Source: Acidimicrobiia bacterium (lineage in GTDB: Bacteria; Actinomycetota; Acidimicrobiia; Spongiisociales; ZC4RG35). Taken from it: DNA of 62,358 nt. The stretch spans positions 1-62,358 of the forward strand of contig JBHJOH010000050.1 of NCBI GenBank assembly GCA_050329955.1, written 5' to 3'. The number at the start of each line of letters is the position of its first letter. Within the stretch, counting starts at the first letter, position 1. The notes under the pieces were generated by a model, which worked only from the letters and a program-made list of their open reading frames with translations, did no database searches and was not told where the DNA came from. A program made the translations under genes and the position numbers. This document shows, piece after piece, positions 54,137 through 62,358 of this stretch.

Positions 54137-57100
54137 ATGGGGCAGGAGTGGGCAACCCCTCGGCGTGCCGTAGTGGTGGCGCTGACGGTGGGAATGATCG
54201 CAACGCTGGCGTGGCCGCCGCGGATGGCTGCAGCCGACACCACCGAGGTGGTGATGGCGGCCGGCTCGACGTGGCGCTACGACGACTCGGGTACCGATCT
54301 GGGCACGGCTTGGCGCGAGCCCGGGTACGACGACGCGGCCTGGAGCGAGGGCCCGGGTCAGCTCGGTTTCGGTGACGGGGACGAGGCAACCGTCACCGCC
54401 AACAACGGCATCACCACCTATTTCCGCAAGGCCGTCACCATCACCGATGTGGCCTCGGTCGGCTCGGTCGACGTCGGGATCCTCCGCGACGACGGCGCCG
54501 TCATCTACATCAACGGTATCGAGGCGGCCCGTACCAACATGCCGGCGGGGGCCATCTCGTTTTCCACCCTCGCCCCCTCGGTCGTGAACGGCGCCGCCGA
54601 ATCGGTTTACCACGCCATCTCGGTCGAGTCGTCACTGCTGGTCGAGGGGACCAACGTCGTGGCGGTCGAGGTCCACAACAACAGCGTCTCGAGCTCGGAC
54701 ATCTCCTTCGACCTCTCGATGTCGGTGGTGAAGTCCGACGTGCCGCCGCCCCCCGACGAGGAGGGGACGCTGGTCGCCACCGCCGGCGATATCGCCCTGT
54801 GCAACAACATCTGGGACGAGCTGACGTCCGACGCCATTGACACCGTCTTTGCGGAGCGGCCCGGGATCGTGCTCATGCTCGGAGACGCCGCCTACCCCAA
54901 CGGTACGGCCGAGCAGTTCCAGTGCTACGACGACTCGTGGGGGCGGCACAAGGCGTACACCTATCCGATCCTCGGCAACCACGAGTACGACCAGCCCGGA
55001 GCCGGTCCCTACTTCGACTATTTCGAGGGCGCGGCGGGCGATCGGGCTCTCGGGTACTACTCGTTCGCCATCGACGAGCACTGGCACGCCATCATGCTCA
55101 ACTCCAACTGCAGCCAGATCGCCGCCGGTGGAACCGCCAACGGGTGTGCGGCCGGGTCACCTCAGGAACAATGGTTGCGCGGGGACCTGGCTGCCAACGG
55201 CCACAAGAACCTGATCGTGGCGCTGCACCACCCTCGCTGGACGTCGAACCAGTACACCGACCACCTGAACGTCGCCCCACTCGTCAACGCCGTCCACGAG
55301 TACGGCGCCGACATCCTGCTCGCCGGGCACGAGCACCACTACGAGCGGTACCGTCCCTTGAACGGCGCCGGGCAACCGGACGAACTTCATGGCATGCGCC
55401 AGTTCATCGTCGGGAGCGGCGGCGTGACGCTGCGTAGCGAGGTTCGCCCCGCCTCCCCCAACTCGGTGACGAGACAGTTCACCGAGCACGGGATACTCGA
55501 GTTGGAGCTGTTCGCGGAGTCGTACACGTGGCGATTCGTCCCGGTGGCCGGTGGCGTCTTCAGCGATGTGGGTTCGTCGGCCGTCGTCGATCCACCACCG
55601 GCGGCCGCCTATGACGCCGTGGTGCTCTCCGACACGCCGGTGGCGTACTGGCGGCTGGGAGAGTCGGCGGGCACGTCGGCGCTCGACTCGGCCGGCTCGG
55701 TGGTCGGGACGTATGCGAACGGGGTCACACTCGGGGTTCCCGGCCTGGTGGCCGGCAACACGGCGGCCTCGTTCGACGGGGTCAACGATGTGGTCCGCAT
55801 TCCCGACTCCGGCCTCATCAACCTTCGGAACCGCCGGCAGGAGACGATCGAGGCGTGGTTCCGTGCCGACACCACCACCAACCGCGCCGTCATCGTGGAA
55901 CAGGGTGGCACCTCGCGCGGCCTCAACATGTACGTCGAAGGCGGAAGCCTGTACTTCGGGGGCTGGAACACCGTCAATGACCCGTCAGCCGACACCCCGT
56001 GGGCATCGGGGCCTGCCTTCGTGTCGACACCGATCAGCGCCGGCGTGACGTACCACGCCGTGCTCGTCTACGACGCTGACGCCGACGCGCTCCGCGGATA
56101 CCTCGATGGCGTTCTGGTCGGAACGGTCACAGGGATCGGGCAGCTCTACAACCACGCCGCCGACACCGGGATCGGCGCCATGAACGACGGGACCAGGTTC
56201 GTGGCCGGCCCGTTCGGCGGGGCCGGCTTCTCCTTCGACGGCACCATCGACGAGGTGGCGATCTACAACGCTGCACTCAGCGCCTCCCGGGTGGCTGCTC
56301 ACCATGCCGCCGGCGTCGGCGAAGCGGTGAACGCGTCGCCCACAGTCGCCTTCCAGGAGCCCGCTGCAGGATCGGTCGTGTCGGGCACGGTGGCCGTGCG
56401 CCTGCTGGCGGCCGACGCAGAGACGGCCCCGGCGAGCCTCACCGTGGAGGTGTCGGCCGATGGGGGTGCCACCTGGGTGCCCGCCGTCTACGACGACGAT
56501 TCGGGCGTTCATGGCTTCGATCTCGACACCACGGCACTCGCCGACGGCGCCCTCATACTGACTGGCCGCGTGGCCGATGGCGACGGCGGTGTTGCGACCA
56601 CCGATGTGTCCGTGTCCGTCTCCAACGTCGCCGAAGGTGACTACGGGCCGGTGGTGGCCGCCGACAACCCGACCGCGTGGTGGAGGCTCGGCGAGTCCGG
56701 GGGCACGGCTGCGGCCGACTCGGCCGGCACCGCCACCGGCAGCTACACGGGTGGTGTCACCCTTGGATGGGCGGGACTGGTGGCGGGCCCTGACACCGCC
56801 GCCCGCTTCGACGGTGTGAACGATCGTGTGGCGATCCCCAACACCAACCTCATCAATCTGGGACCGCCGCGTGCCACCCATTCGGTGGAGCTGTGGTTCG
56901 AGGCAACCGATGTCACCCGACGGCAGGTGCTGTTCGAGCAGGGCGGTGTGACCCGGGGACTGTCGATGTACCTCGACGGGGGACGGTTCTACGGCGGTGC
57001 ATGGAACACCGCCAACGACCCGTCGACCGACACCCCGTGGGTGTCGGGGCCGGCGTTCGTGTCGGCGCCGGTCACGGTCGGAGCTCGCCATCATGCCGTG

Positions 57101-57355
57101 GTGGTGCTCGACCAGCCCTCCGGCGCCCTGGTCGTGTACCTCGACGGTGTCGAGGTCGGTCGTGTCTCCGGGGTTGGGCTGCTCTACGCCCACGGTTCCG
57201 ACGGATCGATCGGGTCGGCGTTCAATGCAGTGAGGTTCCACACCGGTGCCGTCAACGGCAACGGCTTCTTCTTCGGCGGCGTCATCGACGAGGTCGCCAT
57301 CTATCGGCGAGCGCTGGACGCCGCCACGGTTGCCACACATCACCAAGCAGGCTGA
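54137..57355 (+). CDS. Large secreted protein: N-terminal beta-sandwich, calcineurin-like metallophosphoesterase, 2 LamG-type jelly-roll modules separated by an Ig-like module
   Basis: Signal peptide. MPE motifs GDAAYP, GNHEY, GHEHHYER. LamG modules each contain YWRLGE...FDGVND...EAWF/ELWF...DTPW.SGPAFVS...IDEVAIY. ATG 54137 after GGAGGGG. Confidence 0.8.
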   Translation: MGQEWATPRRAVVVALTVGMIATLAWPPRMAAADTTEVVMAAGSTWRYDDSGTDLGTAWREPGYDDAAWSEGPGQLGFGDGDEATVTANNGITTYFRKAVTITDVASVGSVDVGILRDDGAVIYINGIEAARTNMPAGAISFSTLAPSVVNGAAESVYHAISVESSLLVEGTNVVAVEVHNNSVSSSDISFDLSMSVVKSDVPPPPDEEGTLVATAGDIALCNNIWDELTSDAIDTVFAERPGIVLMLGDAAYPNGTAEQFQCYDDSWGRHKAYTYPILGNHEYDQPGAGPYFDYFEGAAGDRALGYYSFAIDEHWHAIMLNSNCSQIAAGGTANGCAAGSPQEQWLRGDLAANGHKNLIVALHHPRWTSNQYTDHLNVAPLVNAVHEYGADILLAGHEHHYERYRPLNGAGQPDELHGMRQFIVGSGGVTLRSEVRPASPNSVTRQFTEHGILELELFAESYTWRFVPVAGGVFSDVGSSAVVDPPPAAAYDAVVLSDTPVAYWRLGESAGTSALDSAGSVVGTYANGVTLGVPGLVAGNTAASFDGVNDVVRIPDSGLINLRNRRQETIEAWFRADTTTNRAVIVEQGGTSRGLNMYVEGGSLYFGGWNTVNDPSADTPWASGPAFVSTPISAGVTYHAVLVYDADADALRGYLDGVLVGTVTGIGQLYNHAADTGIGAMNDGTRFVAGPFGGAGFSFDGTIDEVAIYNAALSASRVAAHHAAGVGEAVNASPTVAFQEPAAGSVVSGTVAVRLLAADAETAPASLTVEVSADGGATWVPAVYDDDSGVHGFDLDTTALADGALILTGRVADGDGGVATTDVSVSVSNVAEGDYGPVVAADNPTAWWRLGESGGTAAADSAGTATGSYTGGVTLGWAGLVAGPDTAARFDGVNDRVAIPNTNLINLGPPRATHSVELWFEATDVTRRQVLFEQGGVTRGLSMYLDGGRFYGGAWNTANDPSTDTPWVSGPAFVSAPVTVGARHHAVVVLDQPSGALVVYLDGVEVGRVSGVGLLYAHGSDGSIGSAFNAVRFHTGAVNGNGFFFGGVIDEVAIYRRALDAATVATHHQAG

Positions 57356-57367
57356 GACGGAGGAAAT

Positions 57368-60300
57368 GTGACGAGGATCGATCGGACGCGACGCCGGACA
57401 TTGGCCGGGGTGCTCGTCGTGGTGATGATGGCCACGGCCGCTCCGGCGGCCGCCTTCGACCAGGTGCTCCCACCCGATCTGGGGACGACGGCGTCTGTGA
57501 CCCAGTCCTCCACCGCCTCGGCGGCCACCGGGCCTGAGAAGGCGATCGACGGCCGCGTGGCCGGATTCCTGGCCGAAGGCTCCATCGCCGCCACCACCAA
57601 CTCGGCGAACCCGTGGTGGCAGGCCGATCTCGGTTCGGTGCAGACGATTCCCCGCATCAAGGTGTGGGACCGCAAGGATGGCTGCTGTACCGACACCCTG
57701 GTGAACGCCTCGGTGTTCGTCTCGGACGCACCGTTCACATCGACCGACCCCGCCGTCACCCGCGCCCAGCCCGGGGTCTCCGAGTATGTCATCACCGGGC
57801 CGGTGCCCGACAGCGTGCTGCTCACCGTCGACCGGACCGGCCAGTATGTGCGGGTCCAGCTCAACGGGACCGGCGCCCTCGAACTGGCAGAAGTGCAGAT
57901 CGGCGGCCCCTTCTTCGAGATCTCGCCGTCGGTCACGCCCTCCTGGGGTGTGCGCGGCATCGTCGGCTCGGCCATCACCGACATCGACGCCGAGGTGTTC
58001 GCCATCGAACAGATCGGTGGCATCCTGTATGTCGGTGGCCGGTTCGGGGAGGCGGTTCCCACCCGGTTCGGCGTAGGACAGGACCAGCCGTTCCTGATGG
58101 CGCTCGACGCCGAGACCGGCGACTTCCTCGATTGGTGGCGCCCCCGCCTCGACGGGGCGGTCTACGCGCTGGAGGCATCGCCGGACGGTTCGCGGCTGTT
58201 CGTGGGAGGTGAGTTCGCCTCGGTCAACGACGAGCCGCTCACCGGAGGTCTGGTGGCGCTGGACCCCGCCACCGGAGAGGTCGACGCCAACTGGACGGCA
58301 CACGTGCAGCGCTTCTTCTCCGCTGGCCCTGCGATCGTCCGGGACCTGGAGGTCGCGGGGAGTTGGGTGTACGCGGTAGGCGTGTTCACCAACGTGACCA
58401 CCGCCGCCGAAGCCCGCCTGTCCTTCAACAGGGCCGCCAGGATGTCGCTCAGTAGTGGCAACGTCGATCCGAACTGGCGTCCCGACATCACGGGTGGCGA
58501 CGCCGCCGCGGTGGCGGTGGACACATCCCGCAATCGCGTCTACCTGTCCGGTACCTTCACCGCGGTCAACGCCGCTCCCAACTCCGGCAACTTCTTCACG
58601 GTGGACACCACCACCGGAGCCACCGTCCCTGGTATGCCCGCCTTCCCGTGGAACTCGCCGTTCCGTGAGACGTGGGCCGTCGAGGTCGTCGGCGACCTCC
58701 TGTTCGTGGGTGGGAGCCAGCACATCCTCACGGTGCTCGACGCTGACACCTTCGGGATCGTCAACCGCGTCGTCACCGAGGTCGGCGGCGGGGACTTCCA
58801 GACCATCGAGGTGGTGGGTGACCGCGTCTACGCCGGATGCCACTGCCGGCTGTTCATCTACGACGACGACCAGGCCACCCGGGTGTTCAAGGGAGAGGTG
58901 CGCGGAACCGTGGCGCTCGACGCCGCCACCGGCGCCTTCATCGACACCTTCCCCAACGATTGGCTGGATTACCAGCTGTCGGCGGGCCCGTGGGCGATCC
59001 ACGGCGCTCCGGACGGCTGCCTGTGGATCGGCGGAGATCTCAATCGCCGAGTGAGCGGTGACCCCTACGTGAACGGCTTGGCGAGACACTGTCCCGAGGA
59101 AGGGCGGACACCAACCGGCATGCCTGCTCCGACCAACCCGCCGCGGGACACCACGCCACCCGGCACCGCCGGGGTGCCGACGGGCGCGGTCAGCGGCGAC
59201 AGCGTGACGTTGAACTGGTCGGCGGCCACCGATAACCGGGCCGTCGCCTACTACCTGGTCACCCGCAATGGGACGGCGGTCGCCAAGGCGCCGCGCACCA
59301 CCATCACACTTCCCCGCCAGCCTTCCGGGACGCACGCCTACCGGGTGGCGGCGGTCGACCATGCCGGCAACACCGGCCCGGCTTCCGGGGCCTCCAGCGG
59401 CATCACGGTGGCACCGGCGCCGGGTGGGTTCGCCCGGTTCCTCGACGAGGACTTCGAGAAGTGGCTGCTCGGCGACCGGTTCGGAGGCTTCACCTTCGTC
59501 GACAACGTCCTCGACGGACCAAACACCGGACGCTCGTTCGGAGTCTTCACACCCACCGGCATGCCCCGCGACGACGCCGGCATCCTGATCCGGGTGGGCG
59601 GCTCCATCGACGCGGGCGTCACGCTCGTCGATCAGTCGGCTGGCTATGAGCAGACCTTTGTTCTCGAGGAGCCGACCCCGGTCGAGGTTCGTCTCGACCA
59701 TCAGATGTTCGGGGCCGGCAACGCCAACGTCCTCCAGACCGTGCTGTTGGTGAACGGCGTTCGCTACGGCACCAACGGTCAGGACTACGTCGACCAGGTC
59801 CCGGAGTTCGGGGTGACCGCCTTGCGCACCTCCACCGTCGAGATCGGCATGCTGGCGGCCGGGACCCACACGCTCACGATCGCCGGGTTCGTGGGATCCC
59901 AGACCCGGCGGCTCACGAACCGCTTCACCGGGGTGGCCTTCGACGATGTCACGGTGGCTTCGGCCGCCCCCGGGATCGAAGTGGTCGCCCCCCTGGCTGA
60001 GACTGTTGCGGCGGGGTCGATGGCGGTGTCGGTGGCTTCCGAGGACCTCGTTGATCTGGCCTCTGCTCTCGTGGTGGAGCTTTCAGTCGACGGCGGCGCC
60101 ACCTGGTCGCCAACCATCTACGACGCCGTCGACGATCGATTCGAGGCAACCCTGGCGCTGGCTTCGCTCCCGGAAGGCCCGGCGACGCTCCTCGCCCGAT
60201 CGACCGACAGCGACGGTCATGTCACCACGTCGGCACCCGTGCCCTTCAACGTGCAGAACCTCGGCCCGCCGGTGGTGACCATCACCGCCCCGGCCCCCGA

Positions 60301-62358
60301 TGAACGGGTCGCAGGGACCGTGGCGGTGACGGCGACGGCAGTGGACGCCATCGATGCGGTCACCGACCTGATCGCCGAGGTCAGCATAACCGGGTCGGCA
60401 GCATGGAACCCGATGAGCTACGACGCCGATCTGGGCCGCTTCGTCGGCACGGTCGACGTCTCGACCCTGCCGGAAGGACCGACCTCGATCACGGTCCGGA
60501 GCACCGACAGCGACGACCTGGCGGGTTCGGCCACGGTGCCGGTGGTGGTGGACAATGTGACCGACTACGACGAACTCGTCGTGGGTGACGGTGCCGACGT
60601 GTACTGGAGGCTCGACGAGAGCTCCGGCACCGTCGCCGACGACGCCATCGGATCCGTGAACGGGACCTACAGCGGCGGACCGGTGCTCGGCGTCCCGGGT
60701 CTGATCGCCTCGGGTGGCACGGCCGTGTCCTTCGACGGCACCAACGACGTGGTGATCCTGCCCGACTCCAACCTGTTGAACACCTTCACGCGCCGTGCCC
60801 AGACGGTGGAACTGTGGTTCCAGGCCGACGCAGTCACCAACCGCCAGGTCCTGTTCGAGACGGGCGGCACCTCGCGTGGCATGTCGATGTACCTGTTCCA
60901 GGGCCGGGTGTACGTCGGAGCGTGGAACACCGCCAACGACGCCTCCGCCGACACACCGTGGGCGTCCGGCCCGGCCTTCGTGTCGACGCCGGTCGAAGCC
61001 GGTGTGATCCACCACCTGGCGATGGTCTACGACGCCGACGCCAACCGGTTGCAGGGATTCCTCGACGGGGTGTCGATCGGCACGGTTGCGGGCATCGGCA
61101 CGTTGCACACCGCCACTGCCGACAACGCCATCGGCGCCATGCGAGAGGGGGCGCGTTTCCACGACTCGCTCACCGGCGGCCAGGGGTTCTTCTTCGACGG
61201 TGTGATCGACGAGGTGGCCGTGTACTCCGAGGCGCTGCCGACGGCGCGCATCGTGGCGCACCACCGCTCCGGGAGCGGATTGGCCGATACCGCTCCGACC
61301 ATCTCCTTCCAGGCTCCGGGCAGCGGAGCGTTGGTGTCGGGATCGGTGACAGTTGCCCTGACCGCAGCAGATGTCGAGGACGATTCGTCGTCGTTGAGCG
61401 TCGACGTATCGACCAATGGAGGAACGAGCTGGGCGCCGGCGGTGTTCGATGCCGGCTCGGGCGAGCACCGCCTGGTGATCTCGACCTCTCCGTTGGGCGA
61501 CGGCCCCCGAACCATCTCGGCGCGCGTCACCGACTCGGGGGGTAACCGGGTCACGGCGACCCGTTCGATCACAGTCGACAACACCGCGCCCGTTGTCAAC
61601 ATCGTTGCCCCGTTGCAGGGAGCCACGGTCTCGGGAGTGGTGCCGGTTTCGGTCACCGCCGTCGATACGGTGGCACCGCTCGGGACCCTCACCGTCGAAG
61701 CATCGCTCGATGCCGGCGCCAACTGGACGCCGCTCCCCTGGGAGCCCGGGGTGGGACGTTATGTCGGCCCGGTCGACGTGTCGTCGCTGGTCGGTCAGAG
61801 CGTGACGATCCTGGCCAGGGCCATCGACGGCCGGTCGAACACGGCAACCAACTCGATCACCGTGACCGTGCCGTCCTATGAGGCGGGCGTCATCGCCGAC
61901 GGCGCCGACGCCTACTGGCGACTGGGTGAGAGCGGCGGGAGCCTCGCCGACGACCGTATCGGTCTCGTCGACGGAACCTATCTGGGTGGCCCCACGCTCG
62001 GCGTGCCGGGTCTGGTGTCCGGGGCGAACACCGCTGTCTCCTTCGACGGCGTCGACGATCGTGTCTGGCTTCCTGACTCGCTGGTCACGAACCTGGCCAT
62101 CCGACGGGCCCAGACGGTGGAGTTGTGGTTCGTCGCCGATGACGTCGACGGGCGACGGGTCCTCTACGACCAGGGCGGCACGTCGCGTGGCTTGTCGATG
62201 TACCTCCGTTCCGGTCGGGTGTACGTGGGGGGATGGAACACCATCAACGACCCCTCGGCGGACACCCCCTGGAGCGGTGGCCCTGCCTTCGTCTCCGCAC
62301 CGGTGAGCGTCAACACCAGGTACCACCTGGTGCTGGTGTACGACGCCGACGGCAACCG
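57368..62358 (+). CDS. Giant secreted multidomain protein (>1663 codons, open at the window end): Tat-like signal, discoidin/F5-8-C, propeller-like repeats, FN3, Ig-like pairs, at least 2 LamG modules
   Basis: Own translation from GTG 57368 (RBS GGAGGA) runs to 62358 with no stop. Starts VTRIDRTRRRTLAGVLVVVMMATAAPAAA. Discoidin-like QSSTASAATGPEKAIDG...NPWWQADLG...IKVWDR. FN3 VSGDSVTLNWSAATDNRAVAYYLV. LamG modules at ~60560-61270 and from ~61880. Not in the ORF track because it is edge-truncated. Confidence 0.85.
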   Translation, partial: MTRIDRTRRRTLAGVLVVVMMATAAPAAAFDQVLPPDLGTTASVTQSSTASAATGPEKAIDGRVAGFLAEGSIAATTNSANPWWQADLGSVQTIPRIKVWDRKDGCCTDTLVNASVFVSDAPFTSTDPAVTRAQPGVSEYVITGPVPDSVLLTVDRTGQYVRVQLNGTGALELAEVQIGGPFFEISPSVTPSWGVRGIVGSAITDIDAEVFAIEQIGGILYVGGRFGEAVPTRFGVGQDQPFLMALDAETGDFLDWWRPRLDGAVYALEASPDGSRLFVGGEFASVNDEPLTGGLVALDPATGEVDANWTAHVQRFFSAGPAIVRDLEVAGSWVYAVGVFTNVTTAAEARLSFNRAARMSLSSGNVDPNWRPDITGGDAAAVAVDTSRNRVYLSGTFTAVNAAPNSGNFFTVDTTTGATVPGMPAFPWNSPFRETWAVEVVGDLLFVGGSQHILTVLDADTFGIVNRVVTEVGGGDFQTIEVVGDRVYAGCHCRLFIYDDDQATRVFKGEVRGTVALDAATGAFIDTFPNDWLDYQLSAGPWAIHGAPDGCLWIGGDLNRRVSGDPYVNGLARHCPEEGRTPTGMPAPTNPPRDTTPPGTAGVPTGAVSGDSVTLNWSAATDNRAVAYYLVTRNGTAVAKAPRTTITLPRQPSGTHAYRVAAVDHAGNTGPASGASSGITVAPAPGGFARFLDEDFEKWLLGDRFGGFTFVDNVLDGPNTGRSFGVFTPTGMPRDDAGILIRVGGSIDAGVTLVDQSAGYEQTFVLEEPTPVEVRLDHQMFGAGNANVLQTVLLVNGVRYGTNGQDYVDQVPEFGVTALRTSTVEIGMLAAGTHTLTIAGFVGSQTRRLTNRFTGVAFDDVTVASAAPGIEVVAPLAETVAAGSMAVSVASEDLVDLASALVVELSVDGGATWSPTIYDAVDDRFEATLALASLPEGPATLLARSTDSDGHVTTSAPVPFNVQNLGPPVVTITAPAPDERVAGTVAVTATAVDAIDAVTDLIAEVSITGSAAWNPMSYDADLGRFVGTVDVSTLPEGPTSITVRSTDSDDLAGSATVPVVVDNVTDYDELVVGDGADVYWRLDESSGTVADDAIGSVNGTYSGGPVLGVPGLIASGGTAVSFDGTNDVVILPDSNLLNTFTRRAQTVELWFQADAVTNRQVLFETGGTSRGMSMYLFQGRVYVGAWNTANDASADTPWASGPAFVSTPVEAGVIHHLAMVYDADANRLQGFLDGVSIGTVAGIGTLHTATADNAIGAMREGARFHDSLTGGQGFFFDGVIDEVAVYSEALPTARIVAHHRSGSGLADTAPTISFQAPGSGALVSGSVTVALTAADVEDDSSSLSVDVSTNGGTSWAPAVFDAGSGEHRLVISTSPLGDGPRTISARVTDSGGNRVTATRSITVDNTAPVVNIVAPLQGATVSGVVPVSVTAVDTVAPLGTLTVEASLDAGANWTPLPWEPGVGRYVGPVDVSSLVGQSVTILARAIDGRSNTATNSITVTVPSYEAGVIADGADAYWRLGESGGSLADDRIGLVDGTYLGGPTLGVPGLVSGANTAVSFDGVDDRVWLPDSLVTNLAIRRAQTVELWFVADDVDGRRVLYDQGGTSRGLSMYLRSGRVYVGGWNTINDPSADTPWSGGPAFVSAPVSVNTRYHLVLVYDADGN

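Noticed and set aside
55985-59869. 1294-aa ORF on the minus strand (and its neighbour 60083..62326, 747 aa).
   Set aside because: These are antisense shadows of the plus-strand LamG/discoidin genes. The products are Arg/Gly/Pro/His-rich low-complexity sequence with no motifs, while the plus strand gives clean domain signatures and high GC3. Long stop-free antisense frames are expected at this GC content.

Overview
Very GC-rich, actinobacterial-type chromosomal segment with GC3-rich codons, many GTG/TTG starts and many 1-10 nt gene overlaps. I recognise no transposase, integrase, phage gene, CRISPR array or rRNA. Most of the window is core genome, and its order matches the conserved actinobacterial 'helicase/secretion neighbourhood' and the ftsH-fol region (established for Mycobacterium Rv3606c-Rv3661). 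Contents in order:
- A 2-oxo-acid dehydrogenase E1alpha/E1beta/E2 operon with a SorC regulator.
- A Tad/Flp pilus locus: TadZ-like, TadA, TadB, TadC, Flp, 2x TadE-like.
- ybaK, glnII, ppa.
- A DExH/DUF1998 (MrfA-like) helicase, an extra FtsH paralogue and PolX.
- An LCP protein and membrane pyrophosphatase hppA.
- topA, tmk, holB, tRNA-Thr(CGU), sigH/anti-sigma.
- tilS-hpt-ftsH-folP-folB-folK.

Accessory-looking parts:
- Two divergently arranged SLH-like cell-wall proteins.
- An S8 peptidase translationally coupled to a GGDEF/EAL protein.
- An SSI-like lipoprotein, an orphan MerB-like protein and PhoH2.
- Two huge secreted LamG/Ig-like/metallophosphoesterase/discoidin proteins at the 3' end.

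Two real genes are missing from the supplied ORF track because they run off the window edges: E2 at 1-576 (-) and a >1660-codon ORF from 57368 (+).

The most unusual signal is non-coding. Several intergenic gaps carry families of structured repeats:
- A conserved core, GACGTCCGACGYAACACGCAAC, present 4 times.
- A second family, CCTGGCGGCTCGCYGTATYCGCTCGCCCCAG.
- Both sit inside hairpins whose arms are built from different tandem heptamer 'words', plus several long perfect palindromes.

Other points worth a second look:
- An in-frame TAA inside PolX.
- A Cys-less phosphatase-fold gene embedded in the fol operon.
- An HPPK-ICMT-like fusion.
- A (GGTWS)8 15-bp tandem repeat at the end of the S8 peptidase.
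- A frameshifted ECF-sigma remnant.
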